64,000 nt of DNA, taken from the NCBI GenBank assembly GCA_963708025.1, contig CAVPSB010000014.1:448001-512000 (forward strand). The letters are read 5' to 3'. The notes under the pieces are model-generated. The model was not told where the DNA came from. It did not search any database and worked only from the letters and a program-made list of their open reading frames with translations. A program made the position numbers and the translations under genes. Source of the DNA: an uncultured Candidatus Rokubacteria bacterium (GTDB lineage Bacteria > Methylomirabilota > Methylomirabilia > Rokubacteriales > DASRDR01). Positions within the stretch are counted from its first letter, which is position 1, and every line of letters begins with the position of its first letter. Below, in pieces: positions 9,462 through 18,690 of the stretch.

Positions 9462-10385
9462 CTGAGAGTCCGCGTCACCGTTCCCGCCACGTCGGCCAAC
9501 TGTGGGCCGGGGTTCGACACCCTCGGGCTGGCCCTCGAGCTGTACAACGAGATCGAGCTGTCCGAGGCGGACGGGCTCGACGTCGCGATCGCCGGTGAGG
9601 GAGCCGAGCGGCTCCCGCGCGACGAGCGAAGCCTGGTCGTGCGGGGCGCCCGGCTGGTCCACGAGGCGGCCGGCCGGCCGTTCCGCGGCCTCCGGGTCCG
9701 CCAGCTGAACCGCATCCCGCCGAGCCGGGGCCTGGGCTCGAGCGCGACGGCCTGGCTGGGCGGGATCCTGGGGGCGAACCGGCTCCTCGGCGACCCGCTC
9801 GATCCGGAACAGGTGATGGAGCTGGCGGTGCGGCAGGAGGGCCACCCGGACAACCTGGCCGCCGCGGTTCACGGCGGCTTCACCGTCACCTGCTGGGACG
9901 CCGACCTCCGGGCCATCGTGCCGTTGCCGGTTCCCCCGGCCCTCCGCTTCGCGCTGCTGGTGCCCCGCCAGGAGGCGTCGACGGCGGAAGCCCGGGCGGT
10001 GCTGCCGGCGGCGTATTCGCGGGCCGACGCGGTCTTCAACGTCGGCCGGACGGCCCTGCTGCTGGCGGCCCTGGTCTGCGAGCGGTGGGAGCTCCTGGGA
10101 GGGGCGATGGCGGACCGTCTCCATCAGCCCTATCGCGGGCGGGCCCTCTTCCCGTGGCTCGAGCCGGTCTTCGCCGCCGCCCGCGCGGCCGGCGCTCACG
10201 GCGTCGCGCTCTCGGGCGCGGGGCCGTCGGTGCTCGCGATCGCCAGCCCGGACGCAGCACCGCTGGTGGCGCGCGCGATGCAGGACGCCCTTCGCCGGGA
10301 GGGGGGCGAGAGCGGGTGGCTGGTCCTGGGCGCCGACCGTGGCGGCGCTCGGGTGGTCGATCTCCCGCAGGAATTTTCGAGTTGA
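9462..10385 (+). CDS. thrB: Homoserine kinase
   Basis: Frame extends upstream of the listed ORF: RVRVTVPATSANCGPGFDTLG; GHMP motif IPPSRGLGSS; EGHPDN; SGAGPS. Start is CTG at 9462, or TTG at 9448 if one C is missing from a C-run. Confidence 0.9.
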   Translation: MRVRVTVPATSANCGPGFDTLGLALELYNEIELSEADGLDVAIAGEGAERLPRDERSLVVRGARLVHEAAGRPFRGLRVRQLNRIPPSRGLGSSATAWLGGILGANRLLGDPLDPEQVMELAVRQEGHPDNLAAAVHGGFTVTCWDADLRAIVPLPVPPALRFALLVPRQEASTAEARAVLPAAYSRADAVFNVGRTALLLAALVCERWELLGGAMADRLHQPYRGRALFPWLEPVFAAARAAGAHGVALSGAGPSVLAIASPDAAPLVARAMQDALRREGGESGWLVLGADRGGARVVDLPQEFSS

Positions 10386-10410
10386 CGGTGCCGGAGCCCG
10401 CTGCTATGGT
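10382..10410 (+). promoter_or_regulatory. Sigma70-type promoter for the zinc-ribbon gene
   Basis: TTGACG-17 nt-TATGGT with extended -10 TG; the -35 overlaps the thrB stop. Confidence 0.6.
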
Positions 10411-10416
10411 CGAGCC

Positions 10417-10688
10417 AGGTACCCCTCTCCGGAAGCAGAGCCGACAGACAGCGTAGCGTCACACGAGGACCGTCACACACCACGGGCTCGCCCCGCATTT
10501 CGTGACGCTATCGGCCTCTCCGACCCACGCGTCCCCTTCGACTCCACGTCGTCCGGTCCGAACCATGTCCGCGCGCTCCGGTGTTCGTCGAGCCGGGGCG
10601 CCGCCAGAGGGAGGTGAGAGAGACCTCGTTCGTGATCCGTTCGTGCATCTGGGGGATCGACCAGCATCCCAGAGGAGACGTGAGGACC
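10417..10688 (+). ncRNA. Candidate structured 5' leader (~270 nt)
   Basis: Four visible hairpins between the predicted promoter and the start codon (see findings). Confidence 0.4.
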
Positions 10689-11021
10689 ATGGATCATCAG
10701 GACAAAGTGTTGGTGTGCCGGGACTGCGGTAAGGAGTTCCTCTTTTCCGCCGGCGAGCAGGCCTTCTACGCGGAGAAGGGGTTTCAGAACGAACCGACGC
10801 GCTGCCGGAACTGCCGGGCCGCGCGCAAGGGCGGCGGCCCCGGCGCCGTGGCGACCGAGAGCCAGGGGGCGCGAGCACTGTTCGCCGCGGTCTGCTCGGA
10901 GTGCGGCAAGGAGACCCAGGTGCCGTTCAAGCCGACCGCCGGCAAGCCGGTCTACTGCCGGGAGTGCTTCCAGAAGCGGGGGAGTCGGACGGGACGGCGC
11001 AGCCCCGCCTACCTGGACTGA
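10689..11021 (+). CDS. Zinc-ribbon protein with CxxC-x17-CxxC domain
   Basis: DKVLVCRDCGKEFLFSAGEQAFYAEKGFQNEPTRCRNC and CSECGKETQVPFKPTAGKPVYCREC. Confidence 0.9.
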   Translation: MDHQDKVLVCRDCGKEFLFSAGEQAFYAEKGFQNEPTRCRNCRAARKGGGPGAVATESQGARALFAAVCSECGKETQVPFKPTAGKPVYCRECFQKRGSRTGRRSPAYLD

Positions 11022-11072
11022 TCGCAGGCCAGTAGTCGGCCGGTGCGCACTGCGGCGCTCCTTCGTGGGCGG

Positions 11073-11336
11073 TTAGTGGTGGCTCGCGGCCGGGCCGTCG
11101 TCGCGGGAGGGCGAGCCCTCGGGCTCCCCCGTCGGGTCGCGGAGCGCTTCGACCACGACGACGACGAAGCCGACGACGGCGAGGGTGATGCCGCTGGCGA
11201 TCCCGGCCGGGATCGGGGCGGGAAGAACCTTGCCGGCGAGGAACATCAGTCCGAGGCCGAAGGCGAGGAGCCCGAACCCGACCTGAAGGCGGGGCGTGAA
11301 AACGGGTTCCCGCGGGGACGGATCGGGTCGGCTCAC
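11073..11336 (-). CDS. Small two-TM membrane protein
   Basis: Two hydrophobic stretches; GTG start assumed. Confidence 0.55.
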   Translation of the reverse strand: MSRPDPSPREPVFTPRLQVGFGLLAFGLGLMFLAGKVLPAPIPAGIASGITLAVVGFVVVVVEALRDPTGEPEGSPSRDDGPAASHH

Positions 11337-11436
11337 GACGGCGCCTAATGTAGCACCGCCGGCGCGGCCGTCACAACTCGCAGGGGTGTCCCGGGTCAAC
11401 ACGCCACCCCGACGGCGTCAGATGAACCCAAAAGAC

Positions 11437-11465
11437 TTGACTGCGATGGGGCCGGTCGCTACGAT
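11437..11465 (+). promoter_or_regulatory. Sigma70-type promoter for dcd-pup-fmdB
   Basis: TTGACT-17 nt-TACGAT. Confidence 0.6.
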
Positions 11466-11527
11466 GGCGCCAGGACGGGAGGGTCTGGACCGAGATGTGA
11501 GACGGCCAGCCTCGCGCCCGCAGGGCG

Positions 11528-12079
11528 ATGATCAAGAGCGACCGGTGGATCAAGCGCATGGCGCTCGACAAGGGCATGATCGAGCCCTTCGAGGAGCGTC
11601 AGGTCCGCCAGGGCGGGATCTCCTACGGCCTGTCGTCCTACGGCTACGACATCCGCATCGCCGACGCCTTCAAGATCTTCACGAACGTCTACAACACCGT
11701 GGTGGATCCGAAGGCCTTCGACCCCCGGTCGTTCGTCAACTTCCAGGGCGAGGTCTGCATCATCCCTCCGAATTCCTTCGCCCTGGCGCGCTCCGTCGAG
11801 TACTTCCGGATCCCGCGCAATGTCATGACCCTTTGCGTGGGCAAATCGACTTATGCGCGGTGTGGCATCATCACGAACGTGACGCCGTTCGAGCCTGAGT
11901 GGGAAGGCTTCGTCACGCTCGAGATCTCGAACACGACGCCGCTGCCGGCCAAGATCTACGCGAACGAGGGCATCGCCCAAGTCCTCTTCTTCGAGTCCGA
12001 CGAGACCTGCGCCGTCTCGTACGCGGACCGCCAGGGGAAGTATCAGGCGCAACAGGGGATCGTCCTCCCGAAGGTGTAG
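11528..12079 (+). CDS. dcd: dCTP deaminase
   Basis: [36 protein letters not shown] motifs. Confidence 0.96.
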   Translation: MIKSDRWIKRMALDKGMIEPFEERQVRQGGISYGLSSYGYDIRIADAFKIFTNVYNTVVDPKAFDPRSFVNFQGEVCIIPPNSFALARSVEYFRIPRNVMTLCVGKSTYARCGIITNVTPFEPEWEGFVTLEISNTTPLPAKIYANEGIAQVLFFESDETCAVSYADRQGKYQAQQGIVLPKV

Positions 12080-12142
12080 AGTAGAGGGGGACGGCACGCC
12101 GAGCCGCCGCCCGGCGCCGAGGTCGGATAAGGAGGGCTAGAG

Positions 12143-12343
12143 ATGGCCGACCAGCAGAAGAAGAAGGTCGAGCGGCCGAAGGGTTCGCCGGAGGGCGAGG
12201 ACGCCAAGGCGAACCCCGAGATCCAGAAGAAGGGCAAGAAGATCAAGGAGGAGCTGGACAAGATCCTCGACGAGATCGACGACATCCTCGAGGAGAACGC
12301 CGAGGAGTTCGTCAAGAGTTACGTCCAGCGAGGGGGCGAGTAG
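12143..12343 (+). CDS. pup: Prokaryotic ubiquitin-like protein Pup
   Basis: 66 aa; disordered charged N-terminus; C-terminus LDEIDDILEENAEEFVKSYVQRGGE matches the Pup consensus; strong RBS AAGGAGG. Confidence 0.9.
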   Translation: MADQQKKKVERPKGSPEGEDAKANPEIQKKGKKIKEELDKILDEIDDILEENAEEFVKSYVQRGGE

Positions 12344-12348
12344 CCGCC

Positions 12349-12573
12349 GTGCCCATCTACGAGTATCACTGTCTCGCCTGCGGCGAGAGGTTCGAGAAGC
12401 TGGTGTTCGGCTCGGCGCCGAAGGTGGCCTGTCCGGGCTGCGCGAGCGCGGAGGTCGCGCGCGACCTCTCCCTGTTCGGGGTGAAGAGCGGGGGAGTGCC
12501 GATGGCCCCGATGGCAGCCCCGGGAGGATCGGGCGGCGGCGGGTGCTGCGGGGGCGGCTGCGGCTGTCGGTGA
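12349..12573 (+). CDS. FmdB-family zinc-ribbon protein
   Basis: MPIYEYHCLACG...CPGC; Cys/Gly-rich tail CCGGGCGC. Confidence 0.88.
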   Translation: MPIYEYHCLACGERFEKLVFGSAPKVACPGCASAEVARDLSLFGVKSGGVPMAPMAAPGGSGGGGCCGGGCGCR

Positions 12574-12605
12574 CCCTGGCAGGGACGCCCGACGTCAACG
12601 CGGGA

Positions 12606-12629
12606 AAGAGGGGCCGGTCGGCCCCTTTT
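12606..12629 (+). terminator. Intrinsic terminator
   Basis: GGGGCC-ggtc-GGCCCC hairpin followed by TTTT. Confidence 0.65.
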
Positions 12630-12643
12630 GTGTTTGGGGAAGG

Positions 12644-12850
12644 ATGATGGAGCGGGTCTACACGGTTCCCCGGATCAAGTGCGAGGGCTGTGTCGAGACG
12701 ATCACCCGGGCCCTGAGCGGGCTGCCGGGCGTCCTGACCACCCGGGTCACGATCCCGTCCCGGGAGGTGCGGGTCGAGTTCGACCCGGCCCGGCTGTCCG
12801 AGGTCCAGGTGAAGCAGACGCTGGTCGAGGCAGGATTCCCGCCGGCCTGA
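12644..12850 (+). CDS. Heavy-metal-associated (CopZ-like) chaperone
   Basis: 68 aa; IKCEGC metal-binding motif. Confidence 0.85.
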   Translation: MMERVYTVPRIKCEGCVETITRALSGLPGVLTTRVTIPSREVRVEFDPARLSEVQVKQTLVEAGFPPA

Positions 12851-12866
12851 GCAGCGTCGCCTTCCC

Positions 12867-15800
12867 ATGCCGCCGGACTTCTCGCTGGACGCCAAGTACC
12901 GCCTGGAGACGGGGCGGATCTTCCTCTCCGGCATCCAGGCCCTGGTGCGGCTGCCGCTGGACCAGCACCGGGCCGACCGGCGCCGCGGGCTCGACACCGC
13001 CACCCTGATCTCCGGCTATCGCGGCTCGCCGCTCGGTGGGTTCGACATCACGGTCGAGCGGAACCAGACCCTCCTCGCCGAGCACCAGGTCGTCTTCATC
13101 TCGGGCGTGAACGAGGACCTGGGCGCCACCGCCGTCGCCGGCAGTCAGCTCACCCATCTCTTCCCGAAGCCGAAGTACGACGGCGTGCTCGGGGTGTGGT
13201 ACGGCAAGGCCCCCGGCGTCAACCGGAGCGGCGACATCCTGAAGCACGCGAACTTCGCGGGCGTGGGCCGGCACGGGGGCGTCCTGGCCCTGGCCGGGGA
13301 CGATCCCCAGGCCAAGTCCTCGACGCTCCCCACGCACTCGGAGGTCGCCTTCTACGACGCCCTCATGCCGGTCCTGTTCCCGGGAAGCGTCCAGGACATC
13401 CTGGACCTCGGCCGGCTCGGCTTCGAGCTCTCGCGCTACTCGGGCCTGTGGGTCGGCTTCAAGATCGTGACCGACGTCGCCGACGCCGTCGGGACCGCCG
13501 AGGTGGCGCCCGACCGGGTCACCGTCGTGGATCCCGGCTTCACCTTCGAGGGCCGGCCCTGGGCGGCGCGGCAGCCGGCGCTCCTGCTGCCGCCGTTCAC
13601 GCTGGAGGTGGAGCGCGAGATCCAGTACGGCCGGCTCCCGGCGGCCCGGGCGTTCGCCGCCGCCAACGGGGTGAACCGCATCACGGTGCCGGCGCCCGGG
13701 GCCTGGCTCGGCCTGGCGGCGGCCGGGAAGACGTACTACGACCTCCGTCAGGCCCTGACCGATCTCGGGCTCGACGACGGGGCGCTGCGGCACCACGGGA
13801 TCCGGCTGCTCAAGCTCGGCATGCTCTTCCCGATGGAGCCGGGGATCGTCCGGGAGTTCGCCCGGGGGCTGGAGGAGGTGCTGGTCGTCGAGGAGAAGCG
13901 CGGCTTCGCCGAGCTCCTGATCCGGGACGTCCTCTACGACCTGGCGGAGCGCCCGCGCGTGGTGGGAAAGCACGACGAGGCGGGGCGGCCCCTGGTGCCG
14001 GCCGACAACGAGCTGGACGCCGATGCGATCGCCGGACTGGTCGCCGGGCGGCTGGAGCGGCGGCTCCAGATCCCGTCGGTGCGGGCGCGGATGGCCGCGA
14101 TCGAGGCGGGCCGGGAGCGGCCGGTGTCGATCACCGTCGCCCGCCAGCCCTACTTCTGCTCGGGCTGCCCGCACAACCGCTCGACGGTGGTGCCCGACGG
14201 CTCCTTCGCCGCCGCCGGCATCGGCTGTCACGGCCTGGCCCTGAACATGGGTCGCCAGGTGATCGGCATCACCCAGATGGGCGGCGAAGGCGTCCAGTGG
14301 GTCGGGCTGGCGCCGTTCACCCACACGCCGCACATCTTCCAGCAGCTCGGGGACGGCACGCTCTTCCACTCGGGGTCGCTCGGGATCCGCCAGGCGGTGG
14401 CGGCGGGGACGCACGTCACCTTCAAGATCCTCTACAACTCGGCCGTCGCCATGACCGGTGGCCAGGACGCGGCGGGCGCGGTGCCGGTGCCGGCGCTGAC
14501 CCGGCAGCTCGAGGCCGAGGGGGTGGGGCGGATCCTGGTGCTGACCGACGAGCCCGAGAAGTACGGGACGGACGCCCGCTTCGCCCCCGGGGTGGAGGTC
14601 TGGCACCGGGACCGGCTCGACGAAGCGCAGCGGCTCCTGCGCGAGATCCCCGGGGTCACCGCGCTCGTCTACGACCAGCGCTGTGCCGCCGAGAAGCGGC
14701 GGCTCCGCAAGCGGGGGAAGCTCCCCGACCCCGCGATGCGGGTGGTGATCAACGAGGCGGTGTGCGAGGGCTGCGGCGACTGCGGCGTGAAGTCGAACTG
14801 TCTCTCCGTCCAGCCCGTCGAGACGGAGTTCGGACGGAAGACCCAGATCCACCAGTCCTCCTGCAACAAGGACTACTCGTGTCTCCTGGGCGACTGCCCG
14901 TCGTTCCTCACCCTGGTGCCGTCGGCGGGATCCCGGCGCCGGGAGCGGACGCGCTACCGGGTCGATCAGCCGCTGCCCGAGCCCGAGCGGCGGGTCCGCC
15001 ACGACGCGAGCCTGTTCCTCACGGGCATCGGGGGCACCGGCGTGGTCACGGTGAACCAGCTCCTGGGCACCGCCGCGCTCCTGGACGGCCGGCACGTCAT
15101 CGGCCTCGACCAGACCGGGCTCAGCCAGAAGGGCGGCCCGGTGGTCTCCCACCTGAAGCTCAGCGACCGGCCCGGTGATGCGGCGAGCAAGGTCGGCTCC
15201 GGCGACGCCGACGCCTACCTGGGCTTCGACCTCCTGGTCGCCGCGGCGCCCGGGAACCTGGCCCGCGCGCGCCCCGACACGACGATCGCGGTCGTCTCCA
15301 CCACGCAGGTGCCGACCGGGGCCATGGTGGCCTCGCCCGAGGTCCCGTTCCCCGACCCGCAGGGGCTGCTGGCCGCCATCAATCGGGTGACCCGCAAGGA
15401 CGAGAACGTGTTCCTGGACGCCCTCGGGCTGGCCGAGGCGCTCTTCGGCGACCACATGGCCGCCAACCTCATCGTGCTGGGCGCGGCCTACCAGGCGGGC
15501 GCCATCCCCCTGAGCAGCGGGGCGATCGAGCAGGCGATCGTGCTGAACGCCGTCGCCGTCGAGATGAACACCCACGCGTTCCGGGTGGGGCGGCTCGCAG
15601 TCGCCGACCCGCGGGGGCTCGCGACCGTCCGACGGCAGCGGGCGGGGGCGGTCGAGACGGCGCCCGCCGTCACGGCCGAGACGCGGCAGCTCGTCGAGGC
15701 GGCCGGCTCGGACGGCGAGCTGCGGCGGCTCCTCGAGGTGCGGGTGCCCGAGCTGATCGCGTACCAGGACGCGCGCTACGCCCGGGGGTACGTGGACTTC

Positions 15801-16328
15801 GTGAAGCGCGCGGCCGACGCCGAGCGGCGGGTGATGCCCGGTGAGACGCGCCTCGGCGAGGCGGTGGCGCGGTTCCTCTTCAAGCTGATGGCGTACAAGG
15901 ACGAGTACGAGGTGGCCCGCCTCATGCTGCGGCCCGAGCTGCGGGCCTCGCTGGTCACCGAGTTCGGCGACGCCACCGCGCTGCGCTACCACCTCCATCC
16001 CCCCGTCCTGCGGGCCCTCGGGTGGCAGCGGAAGATCGCGCTCGGCCCGTGGTTCGCCGGCGTGTTCCGCCTCCTGGTCGCGGCTCGCCGCCTGCGGGGG
16101 ACCATCTTCGATCCCTTCGGGCACGCCGAGGTCCGGCGCGTCGAGCGGGCGCTGATCGGCGAGTACCGGGAGCTGGTGGAGCGCGCCCTCGGCGACCTGT
16201 CACCCGCGACCTACGACCGCGCGGTCGAGATCGCCCGCCTCCCGGACCTCGTCCGGGGCTACGAGGAGATCAAGCTCCGGAGCGTGGCCCACTTCCGGGA
16301 CGAGGCGCGCCGGCTCCTCCCGGCGTAG
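12867..16328 (+). CDS. Fused indolepyruvate:ferredoxin oxidoreductase family protein
   Basis: 1153 aa; SGYRGSPLG, YFCSGCPHN, GDGT TPP motif, CEGCGDC ferredoxin, GIGGTG..GLSQKGG gamma domain, KLMAYKDEYEVAR. Confidence 0.93.
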   Translation: MPPDFSLDAKYRLETGRIFLSGIQALVRLPLDQHRADRRRGLDTATLISGYRGSPLGGFDITVERNQTLLAEHQVVFISGVNEDLGATAVAGSQLTHLFPKPKYDGVLGVWYGKAPGVNRSGDILKHANFAGVGRHGGVLALAGDDPQAKSSTLPTHSEVAFYDALMPVLFPGSVQDILDLGRLGFELSRYSGLWVGFKIVTDVADAVGTAEVAPDRVTVVDPGFTFEGRPWAARQPALLLPPFTLEVEREIQYGRLPAARAFAAANGVNRITVPAPGAWLGLAAAGKTYYDLRQALTDLGLDDGALRHHGIRLLKLGMLFPMEPGIVREFARGLEEVLVVEEKRGFAELLIRDVLYDLAERPRVVGKHDEAGRPLVPADNELDADAIAGLVAGRLERRLQIPSVRARMAAIEAGRERPVSITVARQPYFCSGCPHNRSTVVPDGSFAAAGIGCHGLALNMGRQVIGITQMGGEGVQWVGLAPFTHTPHIFQQLGDGTLFHSGSLGIRQAVAAGTHVTFKILYNSAVAMTGGQDAAGAVPVPALTRQLEAEGVGRILVLTDEPEKYGTDARFAPGVEVWHRDRLDEAQRLLREIPGVTALVYDQRCAAEKRRLRKRGKLPDPAMRVVINEAVCEGCGDCGVKSNCLSVQPVETEFGRKTQIHQSSCNKDYSCLLGDCPSFLTLVPSAGSRRRERTRYRVDQPLPEPERRVRHDASLFLTGIGGTGVVTVNQLLGTAALLDGRHVIGLDQTGLSQKGGPVVSHLKLSDRPGDAASKVGSGDADAYLGFDLLVAAAPGNLARARPDTTIAVVSTTQVPTGAMVASPEVPFPDPQGLLAAINRVTRKDENVFLDALGLAEALFGDHMAANLIVLGAAYQAGAIPLSSGAIEQAIVLNAVAVEMNTHAFRVGRLAVADPRGLATVRRQRAGAVETAPAVTAETRQLVEAAGSDGELRRLLEVRVPELIAYQDARYARGYVDFVKRAADAERRVMPGETRLGEAVARFLFKLMAYKDEYEVARLMLRPELRASLVTEFGDATALRYHLHPPVLRALGWQRKIALGPWFAGVFRLLVAARRLRGTIFDPFGHAEVRRVERALIGEYRELVERALGDLSPATYDRAVEIARLPDLVRGYEEIKLRSVAHFRDEARRLLPA

Positions 16329-16384
16329 GGCCCGACCTCGGGGCGGCGAGCCGGCCGGTCCGACCGCCCGGAAAGGGGGAACGC

Positions 16385-17032
16385 ATGACGAGATGGAGGT
16401 TCTGGCTGGCGGGAACCTTGACGCTGGTAGTCGTCGGCTCGGTCACGGCGCGGCCGGCGTCGGCCGAGTGGTTCCTGGACCTCTACGGCGGCGCATCCTT
16501 CACCCAGGACGCTGACGTCAAGCTCAGGGGCGGAAGGAGCCTGGACGACAAGGTCAACTTCGATACGGTGGGCACCGCAGGCGGGCGCTTCGGGTATTGG
16601 TTCGGTGCCCTCGGGCTGCCCTGGCTGGGCGCCGCACTGGACGTGTCGTACTTCGCTCCGGATGCGACCGGCCCCACGATCGACACGCACCTCGAGGTGA
16701 TCCCCATCTCGTCGCTGGTCATGTTCCGGGCGCCACTCCTGGCGAGTCCCGCATTCCCCTACGGACAGCTGCAACCCTACCTCGGGGCCGGGCCGTCGCT
16801 CTTCATCACCGACGTCAAGATCGACACGCTGGCGACCGGTGAGAGGCGCTCGGATGCGGTGGCCGAGGTCGGGGGCGACCTGCGCGGAGGGATCACGTTC
16901 ATGCTCGCGCCCGGCTTCGGCGTCTTCGCCGAGGGGCGCTACACGTTCTTCAGGACGAACCCCGGCGGGAAGAGCACCGAGTTCGACGTCGAGACGTTCC
17001 ACGCTCTCGGTGGCCTGACGATCCGGTGGTGA
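16385..17032 (+). CDS. Outer-membrane beta-barrel protein (8-stranded type)
   Basis: Signal peptide ending ASA; alternating beta pattern; LQPYLGAG; C-terminal aromatic (LTIRW). Confidence 0.75.
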   Translation: MTRWRFWLAGTLTLVVVGSVTARPASAEWFLDLYGGASFTQDADVKLRGGRSLDDKVNFDTVGTAGGRFGYWFGALGLPWLGAALDVSYFAPDATGPTIDTHLEVIPISSLVMFRAPLLASPAFPYGQLQPYLGAGPSLFITDVKIDTLATGERRSDAVAEVGGDLRGGITFMLAPGFGVFAEGRYTFFRTNPGGKSTEFDVETFHALGGLTIRW

Positions 17033-17055
17033 GCGCCTCCCGCAGGCTGCCGAAG

Positions 17056-17292
17056 ATGCTGGACGATCTCGAGTCGCTCGGGCGTCGCGCGAGACGAGTA
17101 GCCATCCTGGTGCCGATTTTGGCTCTCACGGCAGTCGGGCTGGGCGGCTGCTACTACGTCGTTCCCGTTCCGCCGCCCCCGCCCGGCGCCGCTCCAATGC
17201 TGCCGCAGTTCGTTCGCGAGCGACCGCAGTGCCGGTGGACGTATGGGCCGGGCTGGAGCGGGTGGGGATGGTACAGCTCCATCCCCTGCTAG
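17056..17292 (+). CDS. Small Pro/Trp-rich lipoprotein
   Basis: Lipobox LGGC after a hydrophobic core; PPPPP and GWSGWGW tail. Confidence 0.5.
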   Translation: MLDDLESLGRRARRVAILVPILALTAVGLGGCYYVVPVPPPPPGAAPMLPQFVRERPQCRWTYGPGWSGWGWYSSIPC

Positions 17293-17455
17293 GTCGTGTC
17301 CGCGCCGCCCGGTGGCTTCGTCGCCGCAGCCGCGTCTCGGCCAAGGCTTGGGAGAGGGACACCGGAGGGATCCTCGGGAGGGCCGGTCTTGCCATGCGTT
17401 GGATTCGAGTAGAATGCAGGGGGCCGTCCCGCGTGGCGGCCGGTACCCGGACCCC

Positions 17456-18373
17456 ATGGACTTCCGCCAGCTCGAGGTGTTCGCCAAGGTCGTCGAGACG
17501 CGCAGCTTCTCGCGCGCGGCCGAGGGCCTGCGCCTGACCCAGTCCACGATCAGCGAGCACGTGCGGCTCCTCGAGGAGGAGATCGGCGCCCGGCTGTTCG
17601 ACCGGCTGGGCCGCGAGACGGTGCCGACCCGGGCGGGCGAGCTGCTTCATGGCTACGCCCAGCGCCTGCTCGCCCTGCGCACGGACGCTCAGCAGGCCCT
17701 CCAGCAGTTCCTCGGCCAGATCTCGGGGGTATTGACCGTCGGGGCCAGCACGATCCCCGGCGAGTACGTCCTGCCCCCGCTCATCGGCCGATTCCGGGAG
17801 AAGTGCCCCCAGGTGACGATCGGCCTTCAGATCGGGGACAGCCAGGATATCGTCGAGGCGGTCCTGGAGGGGCGGGTCGAGCTGGGGGTCGTGGGGGCGC
17901 GTCCCGAGCAGCGGGCGCTCCACGCGGTGGAGCTGATGCCCGACGAGCTGGTGGTGGTCGTGCCGCCCGGTCACCCCTGGTTCGGCCGGCGGCTGGTGAC
18001 GCTGGACGAGTTGTTGCCCGAGCCGCTCATACTCCGGGAGTCCGGCTCCGGCACCCGGCAGGCGCTGGAGAAGGCGCTGGAGGCGGCGGGGCAGGGCCTC
18101 GGCGGTCTTCGCGTCGTCGCGGAGATGGGCTCGACCTCGGCGATCAAGCAGGGGGTCAAGGCCGGCGTAGGCGTGTCCGTGATGTCGAAGCGGGCGGTCG
18201 AGGAGGAGTGCCGGCACGGCTTCCTCTGGGGCGCCAAGATCCGCGATCTCCCCTTCACGCGCCACTTCTACGTGATCACGCACACCGGGCGCTCGCGCTC
18301 CCCGCTGTGCCAGACCTTTCTCGACTTTCTCCTGGCGGCGGGCGAGGGCGGGCCCCGGGAAGCGACGCGGTGA
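17456..18373 (+). CDS. LysR family regulator (CysL-like; resembles selenium-metabolism-associated LysRs)
   Basis: MDFRQLEVF..SFSRAA..LTQSTIS HTH; GASTIPGEYVLP; RESGSGTR. Confidence 0.9.
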   Translation: MDFRQLEVFAKVVETRSFSRAAEGLRLTQSTISEHVRLLEEEIGARLFDRLGRETVPTRAGELLHGYAQRLLALRTDAQQALQQFLGQISGVLTVGASTIPGEYVLPPLIGRFREKCPQVTIGLQIGDSQDIVEAVLEGRVELGVVGARPEQRALHAVELMPDELVVVVPPGHPWFGRRLVTLDELLPEPLILRESGSGTRQALEKALEAAGQGLGGLRVVAEMGSTSAIKQGVKAGVGVSVMSKRAVEEECRHGFLWGAKIRDLPFTRHFYVITHTGRSRSPLCQTFLDFLLAAGEGGPREATR

Positions 18374-18426
18374 GCCTCGGCGCTGGTCGATCCCCGATGC
18401 CGGCGTCCCGGTAGCCGGGAAGGACC

Positions 18427-18690
18427 TCAGGCCGGGGGGGGGAGCCTTCCTTCCTTTTCCTGACTAAGGAAGTCGAGCAGCCGCTGGGTCAGCTCGGGGG
18501 GGATATTGTCCAGGGGCAGCTTCCGCGCGACGTCCACGGTGCCCTTGTAGGTCTTCACGAAGCTGACACACGAGGGGCACAGCTCGAGGTGGATGTCGAG
18601 CGCGCGGGTGCGCTCGGAGGACAACTCGCCCTCGAGGTAGTTGACCAAGAGGTCGATGCACTCCTGACAGCGCGCGATGTGCGAGGTCAC
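18427..18690 (-). CDS. zf-HC2 anti-sigma-factor-like small protein
   Basis: CQECIDLLVNYLEGEL...HLELCPSC (HxxxCxxC). Confidence 0.8.
   Translation of the reverse strand: MTSHIARCQECIDLLVNYLEGELSSERTRALDIHLELCPSCVSFVKTYKGTVDVARKLPLDNIPPELTQRLLDFLSQEKEGRLPPPA

Noticed and set aside
12143-12343. UBact rather than Pup
   Set aside because: The LDEIDxxLEENAEEFVxxYVQxGGE tail is the Pup signature.
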